Source: Vicugna vicugna (lineage: Eukaryota). From it: DNA of 64,000 nucleotides. The position numbers and the translations under genes were made by a program. This document shows, one piece after another, positions 1 through 13,597 of the stretch (position 1 is its first letter; each line of letters starts with the position of its first letter). The DNA lies in the NCBI GenBank assembly GCA_013265495.1, contig MU058000.1:2542001-2606000 (forward strand). Reading direction: 5' to 3'. The notes under the pieces were generated by a model. It was not told the origin of the DNA, did no database searches, and was given only the letters and a program-made list of their open reading frames with translations.

Positions 1-25
1 TATTCTCTATCTAATGGTTTTGTAA

Positions 26-389
26 TGCAATGGGTTGAATGTTTGTGTCCTCTCAAATTCATATCTTGAATCCCTAACCCCCAGTGTATGATATTATGAG
101 GGGGGGCCTTTGGGAAGTAATTAGGTCATAAGGGTGGAGCCCTCGTGAATGGGATGAGTGCCCTTCTAAAAGATATCCTAGAGAGCTCTCTTGTCCTCTT
201 TCTGTGATGACAGGATGCAGCCAGAAGATGGCCTCTGGGAACCAGAAAGTAGGCTCTCACCAGACATTGAACCTTCCAGCACTCTGATTTTCTATTTCTC
301 AGTCTCCAGAACCATGTGAAATAAATGTGTCTAGTTTATATCATCAGTCCATGATATTTATGTTACAGCAGTCCAAACAGACTAAGACA
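26..389 (+). mobile_element. MaLR solo LTR (MLT1A/MST-like)
   Basis: TG...CA termini (tgcaatgggttgaatgtttgtgtcc ... gactaagaca). Typical MaLR motifs: ggggcctttgggaagtaattaggtcataagggtggagccctc and ctccagaaccatgtgaaataaatg. Confidence 0.85.
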
Positions 390-811
390 ATGAATATCAA
401 CCAAAATGATGTAAGATTAAGGCTGTTGCCTTAAAAAGTCACTTATTTTAAAATGTCAATTTCCCTATTATCTCACTGTTAAAATTTTACTTCTTAAAGA
501 TGTTTTGATTTTTAGATAGCCCATTAACTGTTAAAAGACTCATAAAATATCAATTAATGCCTTGGTAGTTATTACTCTTTATATAACAGCCAAAACTTTA
601 GGAGAAAGACAGAAAAAGTGTAGCAAATCACTATTAAATGTTATGTACATAATGGAAAACTGAAATTTTATATTAAAAAAACTTACTGTACTTCTAAATG
701 GAAAAATATAAGCTTTCAGTTCTTGACTGACAAATAACAAAAAACAAAACTAAACTATAAGATAATAATTCCTCAACCTTTACATTTAAAATGATAAAAA
801 GTACACTGACA

Positions 812-2031
812 GGTGGACCATATATTAGCCCAAAAAGAAGTTTCAATAGATTAAAAAAAATAGACATGATACCGAGTAACTTCTCTAACTAAACGAGATG
901 AAATTTGAAATCAATAACAGAAGGAAAACTGGGAAATGTGTGGAAAATAAACAAGACAGTATTAAACAGTGAATCCATCAAAAAGATACAAGGAAAATTT
1001 TAAAACATTTAAAGATTAATGGCACAGCATCCAAAACTTTAGGGACACAGTAAAAGTGATGCTGAGGAGAAAATTAATTGCTATTAACACATTAAAAAAA
1101 GAAGAAAGACCTCTAATCAGCAACTATTCTTTACGACTTCAGGAACAAGAAAAAAAAAAAGAGCAAATTGATTCCAAAACTAGCAGAAGAAAGGAAATAT
1201 TTAAAATTAAGGCAGAGCTAAACAAAATAGAGAATAGAAAAACAATAGAAAAAAAATCAACCAAACCAGAACTTGGTTCTTTGAAAGTAACAAAATTGAC
1301 AAAACCTTTAGCTTTGTACACCAACACATTGGATAACCCGGATGAAATGGACACATTCCTAGAAACATATAATCTACCAAGACTAAATAACAACAGAATA
1401 GAAAATGTTAATAGACTCATAACTAATAAGGAGATTGAATCAGTAGTAAAATATATCCCAATAAGGGAAGGTTTATAGACCCGATAGCTTCAGTGGTGAG
1501 TTATACCAAACATCTAAGAGTTAACACCAATGTTTCTCAAACTTCCCAAAAACTGAAGAGGGAACACTTCCTAACTCATACTATGAGGCTAGCTTTGCCT
1601 TTATACCAAAGTCAGACAAACACACTGCAAGTAAACAAACAAACAAAACAAACAGACTACAGACTAATATCCCTTTTCAACAACACAAAAGTCCTGAACA
1701 AAATACTAGCAAGTTAAATTTAGCAGCATATTGAAAATATTATACAAAATGACCAAGTAGGATTTATTTCTGGATGGAAGGATGGTTCAACCTACAAAAA
1801 ATTGATCGATATAATAAACCATATTAACAAACAACAAAACTCACATGCTTATCTTGATGCCCCCCCCCAAAAAAGCATTTGACAAGATTAAACAATTTTT
1901 CATAATAAAAGCATTCAACAAAATAGGCATGGACAGAAACTTCCTCAATATAATAAAAGTTATATGTGAAAACTCATTGCATAGCAAACATCATACTCCA
2001 TGAAAAACCGAAAGCTTTACTTTAAGATCAG
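812..2031 (+). mobile_element. Decayed L1 ORF2 fragment (end of endonuclease to start of RT), internally deleted near 1312
   Basis: ORF 1056-1478 contains L1 ORF2p motifs (SRRKEIFKIKAELNKIE, LDNPDEMDTFLETYNLPRLN, EIESVVK). Downstream are YRLISL...KVLNKILA and gaccaagtaggatttatttctgg. Many frameshifts. Confidence 0.9.
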
Positions 2032-2271
2032 AGACTCATACAGTATTTGTCTTCTTGAGATGGGTTTTGGCAGAAGCCCATGGACTGAAAAGTGGATTTT
2101 GGTGTGGGAAGGAGGATCAGATAAGCAGCAATGACAGCAGATGTCTTCCTGGAGTAATAATCTCTGAAAGCGAACATAGGAAGGAAGGAGCGAATATTTG
2201 CTTATTTTTCCAAATTGCTGTATGTCATTACGCCAGAAGATCTATCCTCATTCAGTTACTTATTTTTAAGT

Positions 2272-3410
2272 ATTGATTTTGTTTAGATGTATTTCTTTTG
2301 ATTCTCCTGGGTACTTCTGGATATTTAGAAATGGAATTGCTTGTTATATGGTCCTATTTCTTTAGCTATTTTCTGAAGTGGATGTATCATTTCACATTTC
2401 CACCAGCAGTCTTTGAGGGTTCCAATTTCTTTGCATCCTCACCAACAATTGTTTTTTTTTTTTCATTTACATATTATAGCCATCCTAGTGGGTATGAAGT
2501 AGTATTTTCTTTTACAAATAATATGTTGATGACAAAATTTTATCAATGGTGTTCTTGGATTAAGTAATGAAAAGCTATGACGTTTATTAAATATTTCCAA
2601 ACAATTTCCACAAGATTTGCTTCATTTTGCATTCCCACTAGCAATTTTGAGAATGCCAGATTTTTCATTGACTCTCTAAAGAGTGTGCTGACGAGATTTT
2701 GGATTTTGCCAATCTGAAATACAAAAAATTATATCTCTACAAAGATTTAATTTGAATCTGAACATCTTTTCAGATGCTTATAGGTGTTTTAAACATTTAA
2801 AACTTGGAATCTATGTATTATTTTAAAGAATTTTTTCTAAGAAGCTTTTAGTCTTTTTCTTCTTGATTTTATGTGTTGCTTATCTAGGATAAAAGTAAAA
2901 GTTACAGACATTTTTCTCCCTGTTTGTTATGGTCTTTTGATTTTTCCTCTGGTGTTCCTGTCATGCAAAACTTTTTTTTTTCTTTAATGGAGCCAATTAT
3001 CAATTTTAGATTTTTTTCCTGGATTTTTGAGACAAATTTAGGAAAAACTACAATCCCAGGTAACAAATTTTTCTCATGCTTATGTGATGTTATGTTTCCA
3101 TCTAGATCACTGACATTGTTGGGGGTTATTCTGTTGTATGATGTGTGTGATGGATCCAAATTTTTCTTTGCTCAAATGACTATATGGTGGTCCCAATACC
3201 ATTTATTGAAAAGTTAATCTATTCTGCAGTATTTGAAATGCCAATCTTATCACATATAAAATTTTCAAACATGCTTGGGTCTCTCTCTGAGTTTCCTTAT
3301 TCCATACAATGGAGTGCCTATTCATATGTTTCTATACTATTTTAATTTTAGAGGCTTTACAGAATGTTTACGTATCTGGTAGAGCTAATCCACTTTCATT
3401 ACTCTCTTTT
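2272..3410 (-). mobile_element. Old L1M fragments (ORF2 3' end)
   Basis: Antisense L1 motifs: catttccaccagcag, tagccatcctagtgggtatgaagtagta, tcccaataccatttattgaaaag, aatgccaatcttatcacatat. Confidence 0.7.
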
Positions 3411-3604
3411 GCAGAACATGCCTGCCAAATGCTAAACTTTGAATGAGAGCTGGTAGCAAAGAAAATTTTGTGACTTGGAATATATTCCAACAAGCATTTG
3501 CTAGAGAATTAACACATAACTTTATTATTCTGGCAAAAAAAACTCACTACACATATAGTAAGGTGCTATTTTTTTTTTTTAATAATGGTACCATCTTTAA
3601 GACA

Positions 3605-3800
3605 CTGGGGTATTTAATCTGCAACTATTTACCAGTCGTGAAGTCTCGGGCAGGTTACACTCTCTGAATGCCAGGTCCACTATGTTAAAAGGGAAAAATA
3701 ATAATACAATAAGTTAATGTTGCAGTGAATGTTAAAAGTAGAAAATGTATATGAATAGCTTAGTATAGTGAGTGGCAAATTGAAAATTCTCAATCAGTAA
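3605..3800 (+). mobile_element. MIR SINE
   Basis: MIR core (tcgggcaggttacactctctgaatgcc...aaaagggaaaaataata) and MIR-like 3' end (gcttagtatagtgagtggca...ttctcaat). Confidence 0.65.
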
Positions 3801-3929
3801 AATTTATAATTTATTGAGCTGGCACAAAATATTTTTCTATATTAAAGGTTGTAAGGACAGAATTTAGTTATTTTTAAAACAACTTGTTTATACACACTAA
3901 ACCTCCATAGATTATTATTAAGAACTGTC

Positions 3930-4075
3930 AACTCATTTAATGACCTAAATTTACATAAAGGAAACTGCAGTCCAGAGAGATGCAAGATTTGCCCAAGATC
4001 CCATAGAATATATGATAAATATATTATATATGATAAATAATGATAAAGTCAGAAACAGAATCCAGTTTTCTCAAT
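3930..4075 (-). mobile_element. MIR SINE fragment
   Basis: taaaggaaactgcagtccagagagatgcaagatttgcccaagatcccatag resembles the antisense MIR core. Confidence 0.6.
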
Positions 4076-5019
4076 CCATCTTCTCCCTTCTATAAGTTAA
4101 GGGTAGGATGAGTTGATACATAAATTATTTTTCAAATTCCATTGTTGCATTTAATATACATATACATTTGTTTCCTCATAGAGAAGCTGCCATTTGTAAC
4201 GTTTTGATACTTAAAGTTTCTTTTATTTTCACATCCCCTGTTACTGTATTTTCCACTTCATTCTGTATCATGCATAATATAAAGTTGAAACGTTTAAATG
4301 AAGTGGTTAGAATTTATCCACACAAACTCTCATCACCAATAATAAAACCTGGCTCTTATCCTAGCATTATTAAGTTTCGGCTTCACACTAACAATTTAAA
4401 CTCCATTAGGCTGGAAAGCTGCTAGTTCAATACAATTTATCTTCATGTTTGGCTGAAGAAGTGTAGAAAAAAATCATCGTATCATATATTCTCACATATC
4501 TTGGTGCTATCAGCTTAATCAAATGAGCTACATCATTGATTCTGCAATAGGCAGTAGTCTGCATAAGGGTAGGATCTACAACATGGCATATTTCAGAGTA
4601 ACTGAGCGCAGTGTTATACATCAGAAGTGTTTATCTCTAATACAAATTCTTGTCCCTCTGTAGGTAGGAATCACTGGTGGAGAATTCCTTCCCCATTGAC
4701 ATGGCAGATCGGTTCTCTAGGAGTGATTGGCATACCGTTATATGAAAGGAGAGGGAAACCTAAAATAGCACCCAACCTTAAAATCTCTTATCATGAGTAT
4801 GAAAATCCAACATTGGAATGGCAAGTCACTGTAGAGTAACATTAAAAGGTGAATGATGTTTTGGAAGTTTTTCATATTAAGCATTCATCCTACAGTAACA
4901 TCTTAGCTTGGCTGTGATGCACAAATCAGCACTGATAAAGTGATAGCTCAGAAGGTAGCTACTGCCAACGATTTCATGGAAGAAAAAGAAAATGGCAAAC
5001 AGCTGTTTGGGTTTATAAC

Positions 5020-5145
5020 ACAGATTCCTAGACTCTCATCATTTGGACTTAGTAGGTTGTAGAAGTGGCTTGAGATTAAATTTTACAATCACCCCAGATG
5101 AATCTAACACATTTGGTCCAGGAAGCATGCTCTGAGATACTCTGG
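5020..5145. mobile_element. MER5A-like hAT DNA transposon fragment
   Basis: cagattcctagactc...tagtaggtt...ttttacaatcaccccagatgaatctaa...ggtccagg...ctctgagatactctg. Confidence 0.5.
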
Positions 5146-6052
5146 AGCAGGAAGGAGGCATTGCACGATCCTACCATTGTGAAAGCCTGGAGGCAGCATG
5201 GGGCTGGCAAGGTATAAAGGGGAAATTTCATGGTTCTACTCAGAATTTACTAGGAACGATTTTAGCAGTAAAGCAGTCTTTTACATAAGGCAGTTTTAAC
5301 AACATTGACAGCATATCAGAATGCTTTGTAGGAATTATTCCAGGTTTAAGAAAGGCAGGTGGCATTTGCCCAACAACCAAAACAAGTCTATTTTTTTGGT
5401 CAGTATTTTAAGTTATAAATCAATGAAAATTTCCATTCTTTATGATTATATTGAAAATATTATGGAATGATACAATTTTCAGTCAAATTGTTCATCTTTA
5501 ATATGATACCACAAGTCACTAATGTGACAGATCAGGAGGGGCAAAATTTTACTGTAAAATTTACTTAATTCTGATATTTGATAGGGGTGATACTTCAATG
5601 ATGTAATAATTCTCATTGAGGTTTTAATAATATGACATGTCTCCTCTAATACAAATTTCTTAAATAGAAATGTGTTTCCAGAAGTGGCTTCATAACCTAG
5701 AGGCATTCAATCCAATGCTTAGCCCTAAAGTCAGTGCTAAACAGGGTTTTATTCTAAGTGGCACAGGAAAGAAAATTTAGTGTAGACTTTATCAGCATAT
5801 TTTTGTTTTTGTATATATCACATGTTGCAGTATGTTTTCAAAATCCTTTGATACACATCGACCTTACTGTTTAGTTTTAGAGCTAGGCCTTACTTTGCCC
5901 AAAAAAAAAAAAAAAAGAGTTTAAAGGATAATCATGAAAAGATGTAAACAGAATACCAAGTTACAGAAAAAAAACTTCTAAAATCTGTGATGTTTCCTAT
6001 CTAGTAAAATTAGTGAATTTGAGATTATACCTTGTGTTCCCCCTTCATCTTT

Positions 6053-6578
6053 GTATTAGTGGTTATGGGTTGTCTCAAAACAAGTCACTACAAAATAAAG
6101 TGGCTTAAAGGAAAGCCAATTTTTGACTTTACGTGCGTCTAATGGTTGACTGGCCTCAGCTAGGAAATTCTTCTGTTGGTCTCTCTTGTGCTTACTTGTG
6201 AAGTTGCAGATGGGAGCAACTGGTCCTGGTAGTCTCAAGATGGTCTAATTCACACGCCTGGTGTTGATGCTGGCTGTTGGCTGGGGCATCTCAACTTTCT
6301 TCCATACGGCTCTTCTTCCTCCAGAGATCTAGATAAGCTTCCTTACAGGATGCCGTCTGGGTTCCAGAGAGCAAAAGGGAAGTTATCATGTCCCTTAAGG
6401 GTTAGTCTCTATAACTCACACTTCATCACTTCTATCATATTCTGATGATCAAAGTAAATAAAGGCAACTGTAGTTCCACTGGCACAGAAATAGACTCTAA
6501 CTTCTGACTGAAGACAAAGCATAGAAACATAAAGATGAAAAGAATTGTGTTGGTTATTTTTGTAGACAATCTACCCAA
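6053..6578 (-). mobile_element. MaLR solo LTR (MLT1F/G/H-like)
   Basis: Starts tgtattagt...caaaataaagtggcttaaa. Internal motifs: caagatggtc, tgctggctgttggctgggg, catcacttctatcatattctgatgatcaaagtaa, agaaatagactc. Confidence 0.75.
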
Positions 6579-7304
6579 ACTTAAATGAATTTACATAAAG
6601 TATTTTTGTATACTTGCAAATTGATCGTTCTAAGTAATTCTACTAATCTCCCACTGAGCAAAACTATCAGACAGAATTTGACATACGCTTGCTGTGTAAC
6701 ACTTGAATTTTAGTAGAATTCATAATTGGTAATTTTGGAAGTCTGAGAGAATATAGGAAGTCAGAAATGGGAGCTAAAAATTTCCAAAAGACTTCTTTTC
6801 CTATTTTGACACAGAATGTATACATTGAAGATGTAATTAATTCTATACTTCACTTTATCACTAATTTCAAACGACTTTGCAACAATGTATATGACAATAA
6901 AGGCTAATGTATAGCATTAAATGTAAGCTTTGTTAGATTTTTTAAAATATCTAAAGAGGAAAGAATGCAAGGAATGAATAATCCTGATCGTGGATAAAAT
7001 AAAACCCCAAGAAGAAAATATCTAAGCACATTTCCCATCAGAATTTTGTGATCCCTTCTTAATATTTAAAAAAAAATTCTTCTCTATGACTCTTCCCAAG
7101 GAAAGAGAATCCTGACAGTGTAAGAAAAGAAACCATGAAAATAAAACTTAACTTATACGGTATCTATTGATGGCCATAGTTACTGAAATTTTTCTTTCTA
7201 TAAATTTGACATATTTATTTAAGAGCCATTCAAGAACTATACAAAAGTTATTTTAGCATTAATACAATAAATGAAAAACAGAATTTCAACACTGTAAATT
7301 AAAA

Positions 7305-7360
7305 TCTGTCTGTCTGTCTGTCTACCTACCTCTCATCTATCTATTTATCATTTATCTATA
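7305..7360. repeat. (TCTG)n/(TCTA)n-type microsatellite
   Basis: tctgtctgtctgtctgtctacctacc...tctatctatttatc seen directly. Confidence 0.8.
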
Positions 7361-8064
7361 TATAGCTTATTGTTGCCACTACCTACAGTGGTTTGGTGAC
7401 TCTCTGTAATTATTGTTAAACAGTCAGAGACTGTGTGTCATCTGTAGCTACATCTTCCTTTTTTCTTCTTATAAAAGACTGTGTTATTTTATAGTTTTGT
7501 ATGTGGAAAAGTAGTAAATACCGCAGTTCACAGAATTGCACTTTTTGTCACATTATTTGCACTGATGCAATGTAAGGAGCTCCTATACTCAGAATAGAAT
7601 CCAAGATGATTGCTGGTTTGGAGTTTCCACGCTGCTCTCCATTCCTGTGCACAAGGAAGACGGCTGCTTGAATAACTTTAAACTACTTAGCATGAGCTAA
7701 TCTCATTGTAGGTGAGATTAATGGCATAACATAGAGTAAAGTGACACAAAGGGGGAGTATACCTTTGGAATAGAGAATAACACAGAGAATGACATAGGAG
7801 GAAGAAAACTAAATTAACCCTGTTCTATTGCTTAGAAAATTACCTTTTTTCCTTTCCATTAAAAGAATTATTCTTATGATTGTTAAAAGGTGATCACAAA
7901 AGAGAATAGCACTTTATTGGAGTGCAAATATGTTCATTTGTGAACAAAGCAAACATTCTAACCTCAAATGTGTATTTCTAATAAACATTCACTGAATATC
8001 ATTTTAATCAGCCTTGATTGTACTCAAAGGTTTTAAAGATTTGGCAGTTAAAAAGAAATATCTC

Positions 8065-8430
8065 TCTAACCAACATTTGTTGAGAAGGAACTATGTGCAA
8101 AATACCACTCAAAACTTCGGGTGTATAACAACAACATTTCTGCCTTTAAGGGGCTTAAAGTCAACTTTGTTAGGAGGAAAGTTAATTGATCATTAAAATC
8201 CACTAATTTAAATAATATTGTAGAAGAAAGTACAGGGTGTTATGACACCCACACCACATCTTATCATGAAGGGTAGAACAGCTCCATCAGATCTTATATC
8301 ATGAATACTTCTTGACAAGGTGCCTCTGGAAGGGAGTTATGAAAGATAAGTTGAAATTTAATAACTAAATAAGAAATAAGCAGGATATTCTGTTGGAAAG
8401 AATAATACGGACTTTCATGCACAGCATAAA
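8065..8430 (-). mobile_element. L2 fragment
   Basis: aaccaacatttgttgagaagga actatgtgc...ttctgcctttaagggg ctt resembles an antisense L2 3' end. Confidence 0.5.
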
Positions 8431-8449
8431 AATTACAACAGTTGCCCCA

Positions 8450-8666
8450 CTCATATCCAGTCCAAGCTCAATTCCAGCGTGGGCAGACTGCATCTCAGGG
8501 CAAATCTCTGTGACTTGTTGTTTTGTTTTGTTTTGTTTTTGAGAGCTCTCTCCTGACATGTTCACCATGTGGTAGATGGAAGTGCCAGGGAATTAGTACC
8601 CCAGAGAACAGCCCCCCGGCAAGGATGAATTGGTATTGGATGATCAATACCATAAAATCCTTGCAT
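8450..8666 (+). mobile_element. LTR16-like ERVL LTR, 5' part (split by L1)
   Basis: gtgccagggaattagtaccccagagaacagcccc...ggatgatcaatacc resembles the LTR16 middle region. It continues at 12964. Confidence 0.65.
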
Positions 8667-11600
8667 GTTTAATCAAAGAAATACACTCTTATATTAGTTT
8701 CAGGTGTACTACAATAAGTCAAGTAACCATCTTTTCTGATACAAAGTGACCAAAATGCTACATCAATTTCCTTATACTATATATTACACCCCTGAGACAT
8801 TTATTTTATAACTGGAGGTTTGTACAACCTAATAACCTTCACCTGTTTCAGTCCGCCCCATGCCTCCCTTTTGCAACCACCTATTAGTTCTCTGTATCTA
8901 CGAGTCTTGTTTCATTTTTTAGTTTCTGCATATAAGTGAGATCATATGATATTTGTCTTCCCTTCTCTGACATACTTCACTTAGTATAATGCCTCCTAGA
9001 TCCATCCATGCTGTCACAAATGGCAAGACTTGATTCCTTTTTATGATTAATATTCCATTGTATACATACCACATCATTTTTTATCCATTCATCTATTGAT
9101 AGACACACTTGGTTTGCTGCCATATTGGCTAGTCTAAATAACACTGCTATAAACACTGCATTGCATGTATCTTTTCAAACTGGTGTTTTTGTTTTCTTCT
9201 ACTACATACTCAGAAGTGAAATTGCTGAGTCATATGGTAGTCCTGTTATTAATTTTTTGAGGAACATTCATACTATTTTCCACAGTGGCTGCTCCAGGTT
9301 ACATTCCCACCTACAGAGCATGAAGGTTCCCATTTCTTCACATCCTCACCAATACTTGTTATTTTCTGAGTTTTTGATAATAGCCATTCTGACAGATGTG
9401 AGGTGATGTCTCAGTGTGGTTTTGATTTCCATTACCCTGATGGTTAGTGACATTAAACATCTTCTTGCACACCTGTTGGCCATCTGTATGTCTTCCTTGA
9501 AAAAAAATGTCTATTCATGTTGTCTGTGCATTTTTAATCAGATTGTGTTATTTTGATGTTGAGTTGCATGAGTTCATTATCTATATTGCATATGAACCTC
9601 TTATGAGATATGGCATTTGCAGATATCTTCTCGCGTTCAGTAGGTTGCCTTTTCATTTTGCTGATGGTTTTCCTCACTGTGCCAAAGGTTTTTAGTTTGA
9701 TGAAGTCCCATTTGTTTATTTTGTATTTTGTTGCCCTTGACTAAGGAGACAGAATTAAAAATATATTGCTAAGAATAATGTCAAAAAGTGTATTGGTACT
9801 GCCCTATGTTTTCTTCTAAGAGCTTTATGGTTTCAGGTCAGACAGTTAAGTCTTTAACCCATATTGAGTTTATTTTTTATATGGTGTGATTTTTATACAG
9901 TGTGATTCTTTAGCATATGGCTGTCTTGTTTCTTAGCACCATTTATTAAAGAGGCTGTCTTCTCCCCATTGTATATTCCTGCCTCCTTTGTTGTAAATTA
10001 ATTGACCTTATAAGTGTGAGTATATTTCCGGGCTCTCCATTGTGTTCCATTGACGTATGTGATTGTTTTTGTGGTGGTACCACATCTTTTTTTTTTTTTG
10101 GCTGCAGTTTTGTAGTATAGTTTGAAATCAGGCAGAATGACACTTTCAGCTTTGTTCTTGTTTCTCAAGATTGCTTTGGCTATTTGGAGTCTCTTGTGTT
10201 TCTATACAAATTTTAGAATGATTTGTTCTAGTTCTATGAAAAATGCCTTTGGGATTTTGAGAGGAACTGCATAGAATCTGTAGTTTGCTTTGGGTAGCAT
10301 GGTCATTTAAACAATATTAATTCTTCCATGATTCTATGAGCAGGGTATATCTTTCCATTTGTTCAGGTTGGCTTTAATTTCTTTCATCAATATCTTATAA
10401 GTTTCTGAGTCCAGGCCTTTTACTTCCTTGGTTAGATTTGGTTTTTAGGTAATTTAATTCATTTTGATGCAATTGTAAGTGAGATAATTTTCTTAATTTC
10501 TCTTTCAGGCAGCTTGTGGATAGTGTACAGAAATGTGACAGAGTTCTATGTATTAATATTAATATTAATTAAAAATTAATATTGTATACTAATTTGTATC
10601 CTGCAACATTACTTAATTCATGGATGAGTTCTAATAGTTTTTTGGTGGCATCTTTAGGATTTTCTCTATATAATATCATGTCATCTGCAAACATATTTGT
10701 TTTATAGCTAAAATGGAAGTTTTTTTAAAACACTTAATGTATACAGGATTATTTTAAGTTGATTATCTTTTAAGTTTGAATGCTTTTTAAACAGCCTACA
10801 TTTCTACTCCTCTCATGAAGTTTAATGTTTTTGACATCACATTTTACATCTTTTTGTTTTATATATCCCTTAACTACTTATTGTGGGTGTAGATAATTTT
10901 ACCGCTTTTGTCTTGTAACCTTCCTACTAGCATTCTAAGTTGCTGATCAATTATCTTTGCTATATATTTACTATCTTTATTGTATATAATGAGATTCTTT
11001 TCCTTCTATAATTTTCATATTTCTAGTTGCTTAGAGAAGTCTCTGTAATGTTTCTTGTAAAGCTTATTTAGTGGTGTGAACTTTTTAAATTTTGCTTGTC
11101 TGTAACTCTCTCTCTCCTTTAAATCTGGATGATAACTTTGCTGGGTAGAGTGTTGTGGTTGTGTGTGTGTGTGTGTTTTTTTTTCTTTCTTTCTTTCTTT
11201 TCAGCAATTTAAATATATCATGTCACTCCCTTCTGGCTTGCAAAGTTTCTGTTGAAAAGTCAGCTCATGGTCTTATGGGATTTCCCTTGTATGCATCTTA
11301 TTGCTTTTCTCTTGCTCCTTTTAAGAGTATTTCTTTAATTTTCCCTATATTTATTAGAATGTGTCTCAGTGTGGACTTCTTTGGTTTCATCTTGTTTGGG
11401 GCTTTTTTGTGTTTCTTGGATCTGCATGTTTTTTCCTTCAGCTATTATTTCTTCATAAGTTCTCTGCCCCTTTCTCTCATTCTCTCCTACTCTGGGACCA
11501 CTATAATATGAATGTTAGTATGCTTGATGTTGAACCAGAGGTCTCTTAAACTATTCTTATTGTTTAATTTAAAACTTTTTTTTAATTTAATGGGTGATTC

Positions 11601-12963
11601 CTACTATTCTGTTTCTCAGCTCACTGATCCATTTCTCTGTATCATCTAGGCTCCTATTGATTTCTTCTAGTATATTTTTATTACAGTTGTTTTTTTCTTC
11701 AGCTCTGTGAGGTTCTTCTTTCATCTAATTCCAAAATTCTTACACTATTCATCCATTCTTCCCCCGAGTTTGGCGAGCATCTTTGTAATTGACCATTACC
11801 TCGAACTCTTTATTTGATAGATTGTTTTCCTCCACTTTGTTGAATTCTTTTCCTGAGGTTATGTCTTGTTCCTTCATTTGGAACATATTCCTCTGTCTCC
11901 TCAGTTTCCCCAATTCTCTCTATTCATTTCTATGTGTTACGTAGGTTGAGCATGCTTCCCGATCCTGGAGAAGTGGCCTTATGTAGGAGATGTCCTTTGA
12001 GGTCCAGCAGCATGCTCCCCTCTGCCCTCAGAGCTCTATGCTCAAGGGCTGCCCCCTGTGTGGACTGCACGCACCTTTCTGTTGTGACAGGGCTGACTAC
12101 TGCAGCAGAATTAGTTGGCAGGGATCACCCCCAGCCCAGCTGGATGCGAAACTATGCCCTGTGCCTTGGCTGTGGGCCTGGTGGAGTGTGGAATAGGCTT
12201 CCTGTGTGGGTGGCTGTGTGACCCAGGGGGTCTGAGACTGGAGTTGGCCCACTGGAGGATGGGGCTGGGTCCCCATGAGGCTGTCTGTGTGTCTTGCGGG
12301 GCTTGGAGCTGGTGCCCACCCACTGGTGTGAGAGGCTGAGTCCCAGGCGCTCACAGGCTGGGGGAGGATTCCAAAAGTGTGCTTCCTGTGCTATCGTGGT
12401 AGAACAGACTCCCAAAAATGGCTGCTGCCAGCATCTCCGTTCCAGGGAAATCCCAGTTGTTTCTGTCTCTCTGGGAGGATTTCCAAGATCAGCAATTGAG
12501 TCTGATTCAGGCTCCTTTCAAACTGCTGTTTCTGTGCTGAAACTTGGAGCTTGTGAATCTTTGCACGAGCCCTTAAAGAGTGAAGTCTCTCTTTCCTATA
12601 GCCCTCCAGTTCTCCCAAACATAAAGCCCACAGGTTTTCAAAGCCAGATGTTCTGGGGGTTCGTCTTTCTGGTTCAGGACTGCTGGGGAGCCCAGCACAC
12701 GGCTCAGGCCCTTGACTTCCCGGGGAGGACCTCTATAACTGTGGCATCACTCCTGTTTGAGTCAGTAATCTGGGGAGGTGTGTCCCTCCTACCTGTCTCA
12801 TTGTGGGTCCCTTCTTTATGTCTTTATTGTGGAAAATATTTCCTGCTAGTCTTCAAGGCATTCTTATATACTTTCTCAGTAAGTAGTTGCAATAATGGTA
12901 TGTCTGGGGCAGAGGTGACTTCAGAGTCTTTCTACTCTGCCGTCTTGACCCCCACTCTGACCT
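8667..12963 (-). mobile_element. L1 (L1MA9/laurasiatherian type) with 3'UTR, 3' half of ORF2, ORF1/spacer and 5'UTR; large internal ORF2 deletion
   Basis: Antisense 3'UTR atattagtttcaggtgtac. ORF2 runs to the RT FADD motif (atcatgtcatctgcaaaca, ~10693), then jumps to ORF1/inter-ORF sequence. GC-rich 5'UTR at 11930-12960. TSD tccttgcat at 8658-8666 and 12964-12972. Confidence 0.9.
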
Positions 12964-13229
12964 TCCTTGCATTTCTGATGGACAACTCTGAGGTGGTTCT
13001 GTTTGTTTGTTTGCTTGCTTGCTTGTTTTTCTGTCTTCCAGAATTGCCCGAGGGTACAGTCCATCAAGGTAACCTGCTCCTTTATAGGACCGGTGTTGGC
13101 TTCCTTTCCTTCCTTAGTTCACTTACCTACTTCCCAACATGTGCTTCCCGGGATCAATTTCCAAATAAATTACTTTGTTCCTAAATCTTTAGCTAAAGTT
13201 TTGTTTTTGGGAAAAGCCAAGTGAACACA
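12964..13229 (+). mobile_element. LTR16-like ERVL LTR, 3' part
   Basis: ggacaactctgaggt...ggtaacctgctc...ttggcttcctttccttcc...gtgcttcccgggatcaatttccaaataaattacttt...ttttgggaaaagccaagtgaacaca matches the LTR16 3' end. Confidence 0.8.
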
Positions 13230-13399
13230 GTGTCACCTTGTAACAACCTAGTATGCTTGGAGTATGTGTAAAATATTTCTAAAAAATCTCATGCAAGGGA
13301 AAAACCTACAGGAAATGGGAACACAAGTGCACAGATACACATAGAAACAAACAACACACAGAGAAATTAAAATGTCAAATCATGGTATATACTAACAAT

Positions 13400-13597
13400 T
13401 AACTTTTATTGAGAACTTACTATGTGCCAAACATTGTACGAAGTGTATCATTTATGGCTTTCTGTTAAATTCTTATAACAATTTTTGGAAGTAAGTTCTC
13501 TAATTCCCCCTTTTTACTTAAAAGGAAGCCAGTCATGGAATAACTAAGTACTATATGATAAATGGTAAATAAGAAGTCCAGAATATAAATACCTCAG
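13400..13597 (-). mobile_element. MIR SINE
   Basis: tttattgagaacttactatgtgccaaacattgtac...aattcttataacaat...gaagtaagt...cccccttttta. Confidence 0.7.

Noticed and set aside
1056..1717. ORFs of 140 aa and 74 aa
   Set aside because: Frameshifted remnants of L1 ORF2, not host genes.
4420..4840. Exon-like unique sequence with two short ORFs
   Set aside because: Stops in the frames checked, and no known protein or processed pseudogene is recognisable.
10680..10710. Idea that the L1 internal deletion results from splicing
   Set aside because: The would-be acceptor tttgcag upstream of atgac is retained at the junction, so it is not a clean splice at that site.
12294..13184. Longest ORF (296 aa) and overlapping GC-rich ORFs at 11934-12618
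   Set aside because: They lie in the L1 5'UTR and run across the TSD into LTR16. The 296-aa ORF has a non-ATG start and no recognisable domain.
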